Origin: an uncultured archaeon
GTDB lineage: Archaea > Thermoproteota > Nitrososphaeria_A > Caldarchaeales > Wolframiiraptoraceae
Assembly: GCA_938083505.1 (NCBI GenBank)
Contig: CALKCF010000006.1
Coordinates: 64,001-128,000 of the forward strand
Length of the DNA stretch: 64,000 nucleotides
Direction of reading: 5' to 3'
Shown: one piece after another, positions 10,901 through 19,345 of the stretch
Position numbering within the stretch: position 1 is the first letter of the stretch
How the letters are laid out: the number at the start of each line of letters is the position of its first letter
Program-made: the position numbers and the translations under genes
Notes under the pieces: generated by a model
What the model was told of the DNA's origin: nothing
Databases searched by the model: none
Seen by the model: only the letters and a program-made list of their open reading frames with translations

Positions 10901-11365
10901 CATAATCTCATTGCTAATGTGAGTTCTGCTTATAAGCAGAACAGATCAATGTTCGAAAAGGTCGTGGATCAAATAAGGTTAACGGAGATGTTATCTTCTG
11001 TCAATATAGAAAAAGTTGTCGAGAATATCGTATCGTCGCACATACTTCCGGACGTTGCTGGTAACATGAAAGCATTTTTTGTTCAAAGTTTCAGATGTAA
11101 AAAGTGTAATGCTAGGTTCAGACGGCTTCCGCTAAATGGGCAATGTAATAAATGTGGCTCTAATTTAATACAAACAGTTTTCCGCGGAGCTATCGAGAAG
11201 TATGTTGAATTGTTAGAATATACAGTATCTAAGTACATACATACTCCATATCTTAAGGAGAGGGTAAGTATAGTAATAGAGAATATTCGAAGTACATTCA
11301 TATCTCAAGGCGAAACGTCGTTGAACACGAAGCAAGTTTCACTAGAGAACTTTATTGGAAGTTGA
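7919..11365 (+). CDS. polC: DNA polymerase D large subunit DP2
   Basis: YFAGPIRAAGGT, GGFRLRYGR, RMGRPEKA, KRRDCDGDED, C-terminal Zn fingers; no intein evident. Confidence 0.97.
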   Translation: MYGIPPEFAEYYARIVEKVKEEHRIASEARKKLGTIIDEVETIIAEDMAERVELLVGPEGIAEKIRSLKKKLSRERLAFKLAEDIIYTSIGKLKEEVAIKQALCTALAVMTPPCITAAPSEGIADVKIKKNPDGTNYLAVYFAGPIRAAGGTELTATVILADYIRRLLNLDRYKPTEEEIKRFKEELRTYVRMVSRFQYNVPDHLIEKALRNIPVEVTGVPTDNILAPSYRNLPRVETNYLRGGALRVINDGIIGRARKALKLVEMLSLSGWEWLREVAEEFSRMHSASSAEESYLNEVIGGRPVFSLPDAFGGFRLRYGRSYNTGMAAVGVHPMTMKVLEGYIATGTQLKLDYPGKGGVAMPVDTIEPPRVLLDDGSVVKVDNDLTYAEIKNKIVKILFLGDILISFGDCVENNVELRPVGYCEEWWALDLKKEVTRAGEIEKVAKMLNIDSERLRFLVEKPLLIKPTDREALKLSFKLKVPLHPTYCWFWENISVNELKMLKDWLEKSRTRCKIYNGKVWLPFDETIHNILIKMVLEHRIDGKYVVLDISSYRVLLALLAQPRNVLNSVNDTLEAIFVISGITLRRKGETFLGTRMGRPEKAGMRVMKPPVHVLFPVSLKGGASRDLMNVVKSGERVLVELARLECPKCGSISWKSVCENCGAKRRPVGICTKCSLKNYNIEIKNCERCDGKISYTDKFSLDIRTEFLQECKRLFTEMPEKIKGVRALTSRIKIPEDIAKGILRSKYGLSVYKDGTVRFDVTNAPLTHFTPCQISTDVSVLRSLGYTHDVEGKPLTSMDQICELKPQDLIIPRKAAEHLIKVSKFVDEVLEKLAGMQPYYMCNKPEDLIGKLVASLSPHTYVATVGRIIGFIDADVCFAHPLFHASKRRDCDGDEDSLMLLLDVFINFSRMYLPDRIGGKMDAPLLITPIVYPDEVDEQAHNLDIAYAYPLVLYEAAEKMEPSAKLSNVIATIKLRLGSAEQYGGFGVTHITHNLIANVSSAYKQNRSMFEKVVDQIRLTEMLSSVNIEKVVENIVSSHILPDVAGNMKAFFVQSFRCKKCNARFRRLPLNGQCNKCGSNLIQTVFRGAIEKYVELLEYTVSKYIHTPYLKERVSIVIENIRSTFISQGETSLNTKQVSLENFIGS

Positions 11366-11425
11366 ACCGAAGTAAAAACAACATTAACAGAAAAATTTAA
11401 AACTACACCATAGTTTATCTTTAAC

Positions 11426-12703
11426 ATGTCGAGTGGATATAAATTTAAGTCAAAAAATTATGAGGAAGCTTTAAAAGAATCTCTTAATGCGTTCGAGCCT
11501 GCTGTATCGATAGAATACATACCGGTAACGGATGCTGTTGGACGTAGAGCAGCTGTAGATTTTAGGTCACGTTTTGATATGCCTCCTTACAACATGGCGT
11601 TTTATGATGGATATGCTGTCAGGTATGAAGATACTATCGGTGCAAGCGCTTCGAATCCAAAAAAGCTTAAGATTGTCGGGCAAGTTTTGAAGAGTGGTGA
11701 TGAAATAGGCTTAGCTGTTACCGAAGGGACAGCAATCTATGTATCATCAAACTCACCTTTGCCGAGCGGCGCCAATGCTGTAGTAAGGGAGGAATACACT
11801 AGCAGGGAGGGAGATTTTGTTCTTGTGAAGAAAGAGGTGGAATTGTATGAAGATGTTGTTCTAAAAGGTGAAGATGTGAAAGCAGAAGAAGCATTGATAA
11901 AGAAGGGGGCCTTGCTTAGACCCCAGGATCTTGTGTTATTGATGGAAATGGGAATCTATAGAATTCCAGTCTATAAAGAACCAATTATCGCAATAGCATC
12001 TGTTGGTGATGAAATTCTAGAAAAGTTTGAGAAAGGTAATCCATACCCAGATGATTATTGTGTTTTCATTTCAATGCTCTTAAGACTTGTCGGTGTAAAA
12101 ACTGTTTTGTTAGGCATACTAAGAGACAACCTAGAAGAGATAACCAACACAGTAATCAGAAATGTCGAACGTTATGATGCCATCGCTCTAATGGGTGGTG
12201 GTTCGAGAGGTGTTAAAGACCTTACCGGAGCCGCATTAAGTAGCGTCTGTGAAACCATATTCCATGCAACAACAATAAGTCCTGGTAAAATATCAGGTGT
12301 TTGGAAGGTAAAAGGAAAGCCAGCATTTCTTATTCCAGGCCATATAGGCTCTGCCATCGTATGTTTGTATAATTTTGTCATTCCAGTTATGTCAAAGATA
12401 TACTATGATGGGGTACCATTACTCAGCAAGGTTAATGCTAAGCTTGCCATAGATGTTGAGGCAAGACAAGGGTTGTATACAGTTAGGACCGTTAGCCTAA
12501 GCTCTAAAGCAGACGGTACGCTTGTAGCTACACCACTTCTGAAAAGGCTTGGTGGCTCGGCGCTCCTTACCACACTCTCGAAGGCACACGGTTACATAAT
12601 CATCCCGCCAGGAATGAAGCTTTCAGAGGGTAGTGTCGTCGAGGTAACACTCTTCAGTCCTTTCGAGTCGTTGGATTTTGTGAAAGAAAGCAAGAGTTAT
12701 TGA
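11426..12703 (+). CDS. moeA: Molybdopterin molybdenum/tungsten transferase MoeA
   Basis: PPYNMAFYDGYAV, LPSGANAVV, GGSRGVKD, IPGH motifs. Confidence 0.9.
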   Translation: MSSGYKFKSKNYEEALKESLNAFEPAVSIEYIPVTDAVGRRAAVDFRSRFDMPPYNMAFYDGYAVRYEDTIGASASNPKKLKIVGQVLKSGDEIGLAVTEGTAIYVSSNSPLPSGANAVVREEYTSREGDFVLVKKEVELYEDVVLKGEDVKAEEALIKKGALLRPQDLVLLMEMGIYRIPVYKEPIIAIASVGDEILEKFEKGNPYPDDYCVFISMLLRLVGVKTVLLGILRDNLEEITNTVIRNVERYDAIALMGGGSRGVKDLTGAALSSVCETIFHATTISPGKISGVWKVKGKPAFLIPGHIGSAIVCLYNFVIPVMSKIYYDGVPLLSKVNAKLAIDVEARQGLYTVRTVSLSSKADGTLVATPLLKRLGGSALLTTLSKAHGYIIIPPGMKLSEGSVVEVTLFSPFESLDFVKESKSY

Positions 12704-13590
12704 AAATGTTAACGGCCATAATACTTGCAGGAGGTCTATCAAAGAGATTTGGTGGAGATAAACTGCTTATTGAAATTAACAACACGACAGTGCTCATGAG
12801 GGTTGCAAAAGCGGTTTATGAGGTGGCAGATAAAGTCCTGATTTCCGTAAAAGACGAAATGAAGGGGCAACTGTTAATGGAAAAACTAAGAGATCTTTGT
12901 CAAGGAATCGTGACAGACCTAGAAGATGTGGAATTTGGCGGACCCCTTAGAGGCATGATTAGTTGTATTTCGAAAGTTGGTTTAAACGAGGTGCTTTTTG
13001 TACCAGGCGATATGCCTTGGCTGGAGGCAGACCCTCTGGTTTCTTTTCTCGAGACATGCAAATCCTACGATGCTACAGCGGGTAGCATAATATGGGATAA
13101 CGGGCTGGTAGAGGTGCTAATCCAGTACCACAGCAAAAATACCAAATTGGAAAAGATTGTCGATGCATGTAAGGCAAGAGGCAAGATTGCTAGGGTCTCC
13201 GATATGCTTAGGGCCTCTGAAAAAACATGTTATATACCTGCTGGTAACTTAACAGAAAAGCCATTAGTCTTCAACAACATCAACACATTAGAAGATTTAA
13301 TGAATCCTAAACCAAAAGGGCGTTTAACAAAAGGAGAGGTGGTCACTGTAATGTCAAAGCATTTTTGGAAGGCTTTAGAATCTTGGAAGTGTAAGAACTT
13401 TACGTCGGCCGCAGAGCTCTATGAATGCGAAGGAGATATCAATGCATCATTCGGCGTGAATCATATAGCTCTACATGCGTATATAGATGCCTCTATATGT
13501 TTTGGTTTAGGATCCATACATAATAGTAATTTAGAGGAGAAAATAAGTCGGGAAAGGTTAAGGCTCAATCTATCCCGTAATGAAGCTTGA
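12700..13590 (+). CDS. mobA: Molybdenum cofactor guanylyltransferase with C-terminal extension
   Basis: IILAGGLSKRFGGDK, GPLRG, PGDMP, FNNINTLEDL. Confidence 0.85.
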   Translation: MKMLTAIILAGGLSKRFGGDKLLIEINNTTVLMRVAKAVYEVADKVLISVKDEMKGQLLMEKLRDLCQGIVTDLEDVEFGGPLRGMISCISKVGLNEVLFVPGDMPWLEADPLVSFLETCKSYDATAGSIIWDNGLVEVLIQYHSKNTKLEKIVDACKARGKIARVSDMLRASEKTCYIPAGNLTEKPLVFNNINTLEDLMNPKPKGRLTKGEVVTVMSKHFWKALESWKCKNFTSAAELYECEGDINASFGVNHIALHAYIDASICFGLGSIHNSNLEEKISRERLRLNLSRNEA

Positions 13591-14152
13591 TCAAAGAGAG
13601 CAACATTTTGTAAACTTCGTCCTCATTCAACCCAGTCGTATCTAAAACGACGTCAAACGGGCTCAGATCACTTTCGAGCGAAATCCCATACAATCTGTTG
13701 TATATGTCTTTACTTTCCGAGTCACGCTTCCTCAACACCTCCTTTGCAACATCTACTGGCAACCCGCTCCTCTTTGAGAGTCTCCTTGCTCGTTCGTCCT
13801 CGCTAGCCTTAAGCCATATTTTGTAGCCATCTTTCAGTAACCAAGGTAGGACCCAGCTATCGATCACGACGTCGCCTTTAGATGCCAGCTCAAGTAGTTT
13901 TGCATCGACGAGCTTATCAAACTCTGGGTTTGACAACCTTTCTTCGAGAAACTTAAGACCATCCGGTTTCTCCCACCAGTCTTCGCCCCCTGGTCTATAG
14001 CCCCTTTCGATGGCTAGCTGTTTTAATGCCTGGCCACCAGAAATGTATTTAATGTTCAAAGCTTTGGCAAGTCTTCTAGCAACTGTACTTTTTCCTGTGG
14101 CGGCAAGACCGCTGATACATATTACTAACCTTCCTCTGCGGCAGTTTTCCAT
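13565..14152 (-). CDS. cmk: Cytidylate kinase (archaeal type)
   Basis: ISGLAATGKSTVA, ISGG, KIWLKAS..RARR, YGI, DVVLDT. Confidence 0.9.
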   Translation of the reverse strand: MENCRRGRLVICISGLAATGKSTVARRLAKALNIKYISGGQALKQLAIERGYRPGGEDWWEKPDGLKFLEERLSNPEFDKLVDAKLLELASKGDVVIDSWVLPWLLKDGYKIWLKASEDERARRLSKRSGLPVDVAKEVLRKRDSESKDIYNRLYGISLESDLSPFDVVLDTTGLNEDEVYKMLLSLIKLHYGID

Positions 14153-14453
14153 ACTTCTTAGTTTGACACGCGAATTAATAATTTTGGGCGTATATTAAGG
14201 AACACTTGTAACCTCAAAGCTTACCCTAAACTGTAAGTGTTGTTGGACCTTTACGTCAAAACACTTTTAGAAGCTTTATGATGCACTTATGCTAAGCTAG
14301 AAACGCGTCCAAAAACTATTTATAAAACACTTTTCTCTTAAATTAAATATAAAGTAAAATATTGTAGAAACTACTGCAGAGGCTGGAAATCGATACCTAA
14401 TTGTTGTAATGAACAGTCGTTTTGCCATCTATAATTTTCTCTCTAGAGGATTT

Positions 14454-14663
14454 ATGAAAAGAGCCCTATATTGAGGATTCCTTGTTAAGGGAGAAAAATG
14501 CAATCTTTGTGGTTCATATGCAGCAAATTGCCCGTTTGAGGCTATACAAATTCCGACACATACTAGCGAGCAGTTAGAAGCACAGATGAAAGTAATGCTG
14601 TCAGATATAGGAACCAAGCCTTTCGGACCTTATCAATTTATGAATAATGTTTGGACTGTTTGA
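14454..14663 (+). pseudogene. Decayed 4Fe-4S ferredoxin-domain fragment resembling an HdrA C-terminus
   Basis: MKRALY*GFLVKGEKCNLCGSYAANCPFEAIQIPTHTSEQLEAQMKVML; CxxCxxCxxxCP with third Cys as TAT; in-frame TGA at 14472. Confidence 0.6.
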
Positions 14664-14874
14664 ACACCCTCCGTAATAGTCAGATGATTCAAAACCCGTC
14701 GAATTTTATAGATTCGATTTTATGAGAAAATATGTGCAAAGTAGGACTCCAATCTTCGAAAGCATCTTTTAACCACCTTGTGATATATGAGATTTTTAAA
14801 TTTAAATTTTTTATTATTTTCTACAAAAATTATGTGAAGTCATTTTCGTATTATCGAAAACATGCATTATCTTT

Positions 14875-15363
14875 TTAGCAAGATATTTTGTTTAGGATTA
14901 GTTTGAAGAGTTGAGGGAACTCTTCTGGAAGTTTGTATACACCTATTTCCTCAAGATTCTCAAACGTGGCCATTATTTCACCCTTCATACTGTTTAAATC
15001 TTCTGCGTTTCTCACCAATGTTATTTTTATGACATCATCGCTTTCTTTGAGCAATCCGTAGAATCCTTCTAAGACCAGAATATCAGAGTCTCCACCCATC
15101 CTGACTAAGTCTGATAATGTTTCGATCTTTTTATCCCTTAACATAATTGCTATCTCTCCAGGAGATACTATTATGGTAGGGTTCGCCCCGGCTTCCTTGT
15201 GCTTCCAACTATCTTTTCCTGGCTTGTCAATGCTAAAATTTGCGTGGTGAACATGCTTGGCGCTAGCAACCTTATAATTCATTTCTCTTAGGGCCCTTAT
15301 CAGCATTGTCGTAAGTCTAGTCTTTCCGGATTTCTTATGCCCAAGAACTGCTATCACCTTCAA
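14875..15363 (-). CDS. mobB: Molybdopterin-guanine dinucleotide biosynthesis protein B
   Basis: GHKKSGKT, KHVHH, DKPGKDSWKH..AGA, LVLEGF. Confidence 0.92.
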   Translation of the reverse strand: MKVIAVLGHKKSGKTRLTTMLIRALREMNYKVASAKHVHHANFSIDKPGKDSWKHKEAGANPTIIVSPGEIAIMLRDKKIETLSDLVRMGGDSDILVLEGFYGLLKESDDVIKITLVRNAEDLNSMKGEIMATFENLEEIGVYKLPEEFPQLFKLILNKISC

Positions 15364-15509
15364 ACCTAAGCCACACCTTGTGAATGATTATAATTAATAG
15401 TGTGTTGCATTGTACTTATTAAATTATTGCAAAATTATGAAGAATTTGAGTAATTTTTCTCAAAATTGATGAAAATAAAAAGTTTAAGTTTTAATGTTTT
15501 GAGGTTTGA

Positions 15510-15940
15510 CTAATTTGTCTTTGGTTTTGCTCCTACCCTTACGATGGCTACTCCTTTCAAAGCTAAGTTAATTATAAGTAACACTATAACGACCCAAAAC
15601 AATGTGGACAGCGCAGACACGGACGCAACTATGTTCTCTCTGCTTTCCTTAAAACGTACATTTTTCTCTTCACTGGGCTCAACGAGTTAAATATAGAAAG
15701 CACAATAACCCTCCAGAACTGTAAAAGTTTGAGTAGTCAAGTCTTATCCCACATGTTGGACAAACTTCAACACACTTATCACACCTTATACGAGAAGAAG
15801 AATTTATCTTCATCTACAACTCCAGGAGGTCTGATGGTTTTGCTTCTACTAACACCAATTGAAGTTAGTAAAGCAGTAGATGCAAATAAACTGATCATAG
15901 AAATGGAAATGATGAAGCCTCGTCTGTTCAAGTCAGACAT
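15510..15940 (-). pseudogene. Frameshifted NapG/MauM-like ferredoxin with twin-arginine signal
   Basis: MSDLNRRGFIISIS...KTIRPPGVVDEDKF, frameshift near 15790, then (C>R)IRCDKCVEVCPTCGI; hydrophobic tail in a further frame ending 15510. Confidence 0.75.
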
Positions 15941-16308
15941 ACGTGATGGGAAACTCTGCTATATATTTTTTATAACATGAAGAAGAGAGCATCCGTCGTT
16001 CTCTATTCTAAAAATTTGGATAATTGTTTGAGATAATTTGGAAAAGCATAGAGATATGCATCTGTTTTGAATGTATAGACAGCTATGTCCTCGTCCTCCA
16101 CAAAAACCCTAGCGTAAAACTAATTGGTACAGAGTGTGACGTTCTAAGCAAAGAGTTTAAGGATTATTCATGAAATATAATAAAAATTTTAAAATAGTCT
16201 TAGTCTTAGTGAATTATGAAAAAGATTAATCTTTACTAATTCGCAGGGCTCAACGGGTGATAATGTATTTAACTTAGTCATTTATCGTGAAGAAATCGGT
16301 GAGAGAGC

Positions 16309-16590
16309 TTGAAGGCCGAGATCGGAAGAATATGTTTTAAGATTGCAGGTAGAGAGGCTGGACAAAAATGCGTAATCGTCGGTGTTATTGATAAGAATTT
16401 TGTTTTGGTGACAGGCCCGAAAAATTTGACCGGTGTTAGACGCAGGAAAGTGAACGTTTCACATCTAACCTTTACGCCGTATAAAATTAACATAAAGGAG
16501 AACGCATCAGACGAAGAAGTTCTAAAAACTATACAAGAATCCGGGCTTATGGATTTTATGAAAGAGGAGGCGAAGGTTAAGTTTGAATGA
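16309..16590 (+). CDS. rpl14e: 50S ribosomal protein eL14
   Basis: GRICFKIAGREAGQKCVIV..IDKNFVLVTGPK..TGVRRRKVN. Confidence 0.96.
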   Translation: MKAEIGRICFKIAGREAGQKCVIVGVIDKNFVLVTGPKNLTGVRRRKVNVSHLTFTPYKINIKENASDEEVLKTIQESGLMDFMKEEAKVKFE

Positions 16591-17634
16591 CGTAGTTGGG
16601 AGCCTTGTTCCACCCTGGCAACATGAGAGAAGGACAATAGTGAGGCTTGAGGCTGAAACCAACCCAAATTATGGATACAATCCTTATGAGAGACCTATCA
16701 GGATGCACCTGAAGTTAGGCGTTATTAATCTCGATAAACCAAAGGGACCTACAAGCCACGAAGTATCCTCGAAAATAAAAGATCTGTTGAGAGTGGAACG
16801 GGCTGGTCATGGCGGGACCCTAGGAGGCTTTAAGCCTGGGGACATCCGGCCGTTTCCGGCGTGTTGCCAATATTGTTAGAAGAATCTACAAAATGCGCTA
16901 AAGCAATTATGCAAGCCGGAAAAGAATATATCTGTCTGATGAGGTTACACGATGACGTTTCTGATGAAAAACTCTTGGAAGCAGTAAAGCTCTTCACCGG
17001 GCAGATATACCAGATACCACCAGTAAGATCGTCCGTTGTGAGAAAACCAAGGGTGAGAACGATATATTCAGCAGAGATAATCGAGCGGAGCGGCAGGGAT
17101 GTTTTGATGAAAATAGCTTGTTCTGGTGGAACTTATATAAGAAAATATTGTCATGACTTAGGGCTATACTTAGGATGCGGAGCACATATGCAGGAACTCA
17201 GAAGGACAAGAGCTGGACCCTATGAGGAGGGGTTTTCGTTCAGCTTATTGGATGTTTATGAAGCCGTTAAACTTTATAAAGAAAATGGTGAGGAGCGTAT
17301 GTTGAGGGACGTCGTTCAACCTGTAGAGACTGCTGTCAAATTATTACCAAAGGTCTACATATTAGATTCAGCTGTTGATGCTATATGTCATGGAGCTAAC
17401 TTAACGGTAGCAGGTATATCTAAACTTGATGATGAAATAAAACGCGGCGATGAAGTGGCTATCATGACATTAAAAGGTGAGCTCGTTGCACTTGGCAGAG
17501 CACAGATGAGTACTGAAGAGATTTTAAACATCCTCAAGGGAATAGCTGTGGATATTGAAAGGGTTATCATGGATAGGGGTACTTATCCTTCCGTCTGGAA
17601 AAGGGGCAGCAAAGATTTTAATGGTTCAATTTAA
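16583..17634 (+). CDS. cbf5: H/ACA RNA-guided pseudouridine synthase Cbf5, join(16583..16823,16844..17634), 343 aa after splicing
   Basis: LDKPKGPTSHEV, GHGGTL|D|PAVSGVLP restored by removing 20 nt, GTYIR, ELRRTR, PUA domain. Confidence 0.95.
16824..16843 (+). other. 20-nt archaeal BHB-type mRNA intron in cbf5
   Basis: GAGGCTTTAAGCCTGGGGAC; central helix CCCU/GGGG, bulges AG|G and AC|A; excision recreates the GAT Asp codon and the frame. Confidence 0.93.
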
Positions 17635-17658
17635 CCTAAATTTTGGAAGTAACTTATC

Positions 17659-17744
17659 GCCGGGGTAGCCTAGCGGATAAGGCGCAGGCCTTGAGAGCCT
17701 GTGACCCTATGAGGGTCGCCTGGGTTCGAATCCCAGCCCCGGCG
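17659..17744 (+). tRNA. tRNA-Ser(UGA)
   Basis: Acceptor GCCGGGG/CCCCGGC, anticodon arm CAGGC-CT TGA GA-GCCTG, long variable arm, TTCGAAT loop, G discriminator; no intron, CCA not encoded. Confidence 0.96.
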
Positions 17745-18225
17745 TCAACTACCACTGTTGGATTTTTGAACGAACCTACTTTCTGACAATTTCTCATTAT
17801 GATCTGAAAACGTCTTCATTCAAACAAGTGACGAAGTGTGAGCTGTTAGCAGATGGTATAAAGATTCTGGAACGTGAGAAAAACCGTAATGGATGTGGTA
17901 AGACATGGATGTCACTCTTCGTCTATTTTGTTTATATGCCTAGTTTTTAGCTGATAGACAGACAGCAGCAAAACTACCCTCATGATTGTCACCATTATCA
18001 AGAGGTAATTTGAGGTCCTAATGTAACTCTTTTCTGAAGGCATATCGCTTAAATTTTCCACGAGTCATTCTAAGGTCATTAGCTTTGTTGCGATTTCATG
18101 ATACGTAGAACATACCAATATTCGAAGTTTTGTTCAAAGAATTGAAAATTAATTTCCCAAATTATCAAACGATTTGAATTTATCTTAAAGGTTATAAGGT
18201 TGTATGATAATCTTAGGAGCTGAAC

Positions 18226-19341
18226 ATGGCAAAATGCCTACTTTGTGGTAAAACTTCTAACATAATATCGAGCAGCACCGGTTTCTGTGTTGAATGTATA
18301 AGGAGCAGGCCAGACGATGTCATCCCAACCATAATGCAGAAACATGCTAATGCGAGAATCGTGTACAACTTACCTTCTGAGCCTCCTAAGGGTACAGGGG
18401 TGAAGTGTACGATATGTGCTAACGAATGCGTGTTAGGTGATGGTGAACGTGGCTTCTGTGGCATTAGGTGTAACGTAGGAGGAAAATTATATTCGCTCTC
18501 TACACCTGAAAAAGCACCACTCTACTATTATCTTGACCCACATATAACAAACTGTTGTGCTGCTTGGTTCTGCCCTGCAGGCACAGGTTCTGGATATCCA
18601 AAGTATGCATGTAGAAACGGTCCCGAATACGGATACTACAACTTGGCAATATTCTTTTACGGATGTAACTTTGATTGCTTATTTTGTCAGAATTGGAGCC
18701 ATAAGAATGTAAGCGCTTCGTCACAAGTCACTGCAGAAGAGCTTGTCAACATCACCTTGAAGAATGATAAGATAACATGCTGGTGCTTCTTTGGAGGCTC
18801 TCCGGAACCACACTTGCCGTTCGTCATAAATGTTTCGCGAAAAGTTCTGGAATTAATAAAAGATAAGAGGGTCATGAGGATATGCTTCGAGTGGAATGGT
18901 TGCGGCAATGAGCATATGGTTAGAAAGTGTGGCGAATTAGCATTCGTTAGTGGTGGAAACATAAAGTTCGACCTGAAAGCTTTTGATCCTACACTTAGCT
19001 TGGCGCTAAGCGGTGTTAAAAACGACAAAGCTTATAAAAACTTTAGCATGCTATTCAATGAGTTTTACAGAGAAAGGAAAGAGTTGCCCGTCCTTACGGC
19101 TACCACACTTTTGGTTCCAGGATACGTTGATGAAAAAGAGATAGAGGGTATTGCTAAGTTCATATCGGAACATGATGAAAACATACCATATAGTCTACTG
19201 ATTTTTCATCCGGATTACATGATGCGCGACTTAACGGTAACACCCATCTCTCAAGTAAAAAAGTGTGTAGCTACAGCAAAGAAATACCTAAAAAACGTCA
19301 ACATAGGAAATGTGCATCTCCTTAGCATCGCACCGCCTTAG
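18226..19341 (+). CDS. Radical SAM protein, PFL-activating-enzyme-like, with Cys-rich N-terminus
   Basis: GCNFDCLFCQNW; CTICANEC..GFCG; TTLLVPGY; FHPDY. Confidence 0.85.
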   Translation: MAKCLLCGKTSNIISSSTGFCVECIRSRPDDVIPTIMQKHANARIVYNLPSEPPKGTGVKCTICANECVLGDGERGFCGIRCNVGGKLYSLSTPEKAPLYYYLDPHITNCCAAWFCPAGTGSGYPKYACRNGPEYGYYNLAIFFYGCNFDCLFCQNWSHKNVSASSQVTAEELVNITLKNDKITCWCFFGGSPEPHLPFVINVSRKVLELIKDKRVMRICFEWNGCGNEHMVRKCGELAFVSGGNIKFDLKAFDPTLSLALSGVKNDKAYKNFSMLFNEFYRERKELPVLTATTLLVPGYVDEKEIEGIAKFISEHDENIPYSLLIFHPDYMMRDLTVTPISQVKKCVATAKKYLKNVNIGNVHLLSIAPP

Positions 19342-19345
19342 TTAT

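Noticed and set aside
7919-11365. Intein in DP2
   Set aside because: Length is normal and no intein or LAGLIDADG motifs were seen
14472-14474. In-frame TGA as selenocysteine
   Set aside because: Not at a Cys-motif position, the fragment is otherwise degraded, and no SECIS was recognised
14429-14617. 62-aa minus-strand ORF
   Set aside because: Antisense shadow of the ferredoxin remnant
14150-14875. AT-rich region as replication origin
   Set aside because: No convincing ORB repeats and no cdc6/orc1; better explained as promoter plus decayed DNA
15729-15980. 83-aa plus-strand ORF
   Set aside because: Antisense shadow of the NapG/MauM-like pseudogene
16583-17634. cbf5 as a pseudogene, two genes or a programmed frameshift
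   Set aside because: BHB cut sites exactly restore the catalytic Asp and frame; a frameshift would not remove the extra residues
17659-17744. tRNA-Sec, suppressor or intron-containing tRNA
   Set aside because: Anticodon TGA reads UCA (Ser); canonical 7-bp acceptor and no intron
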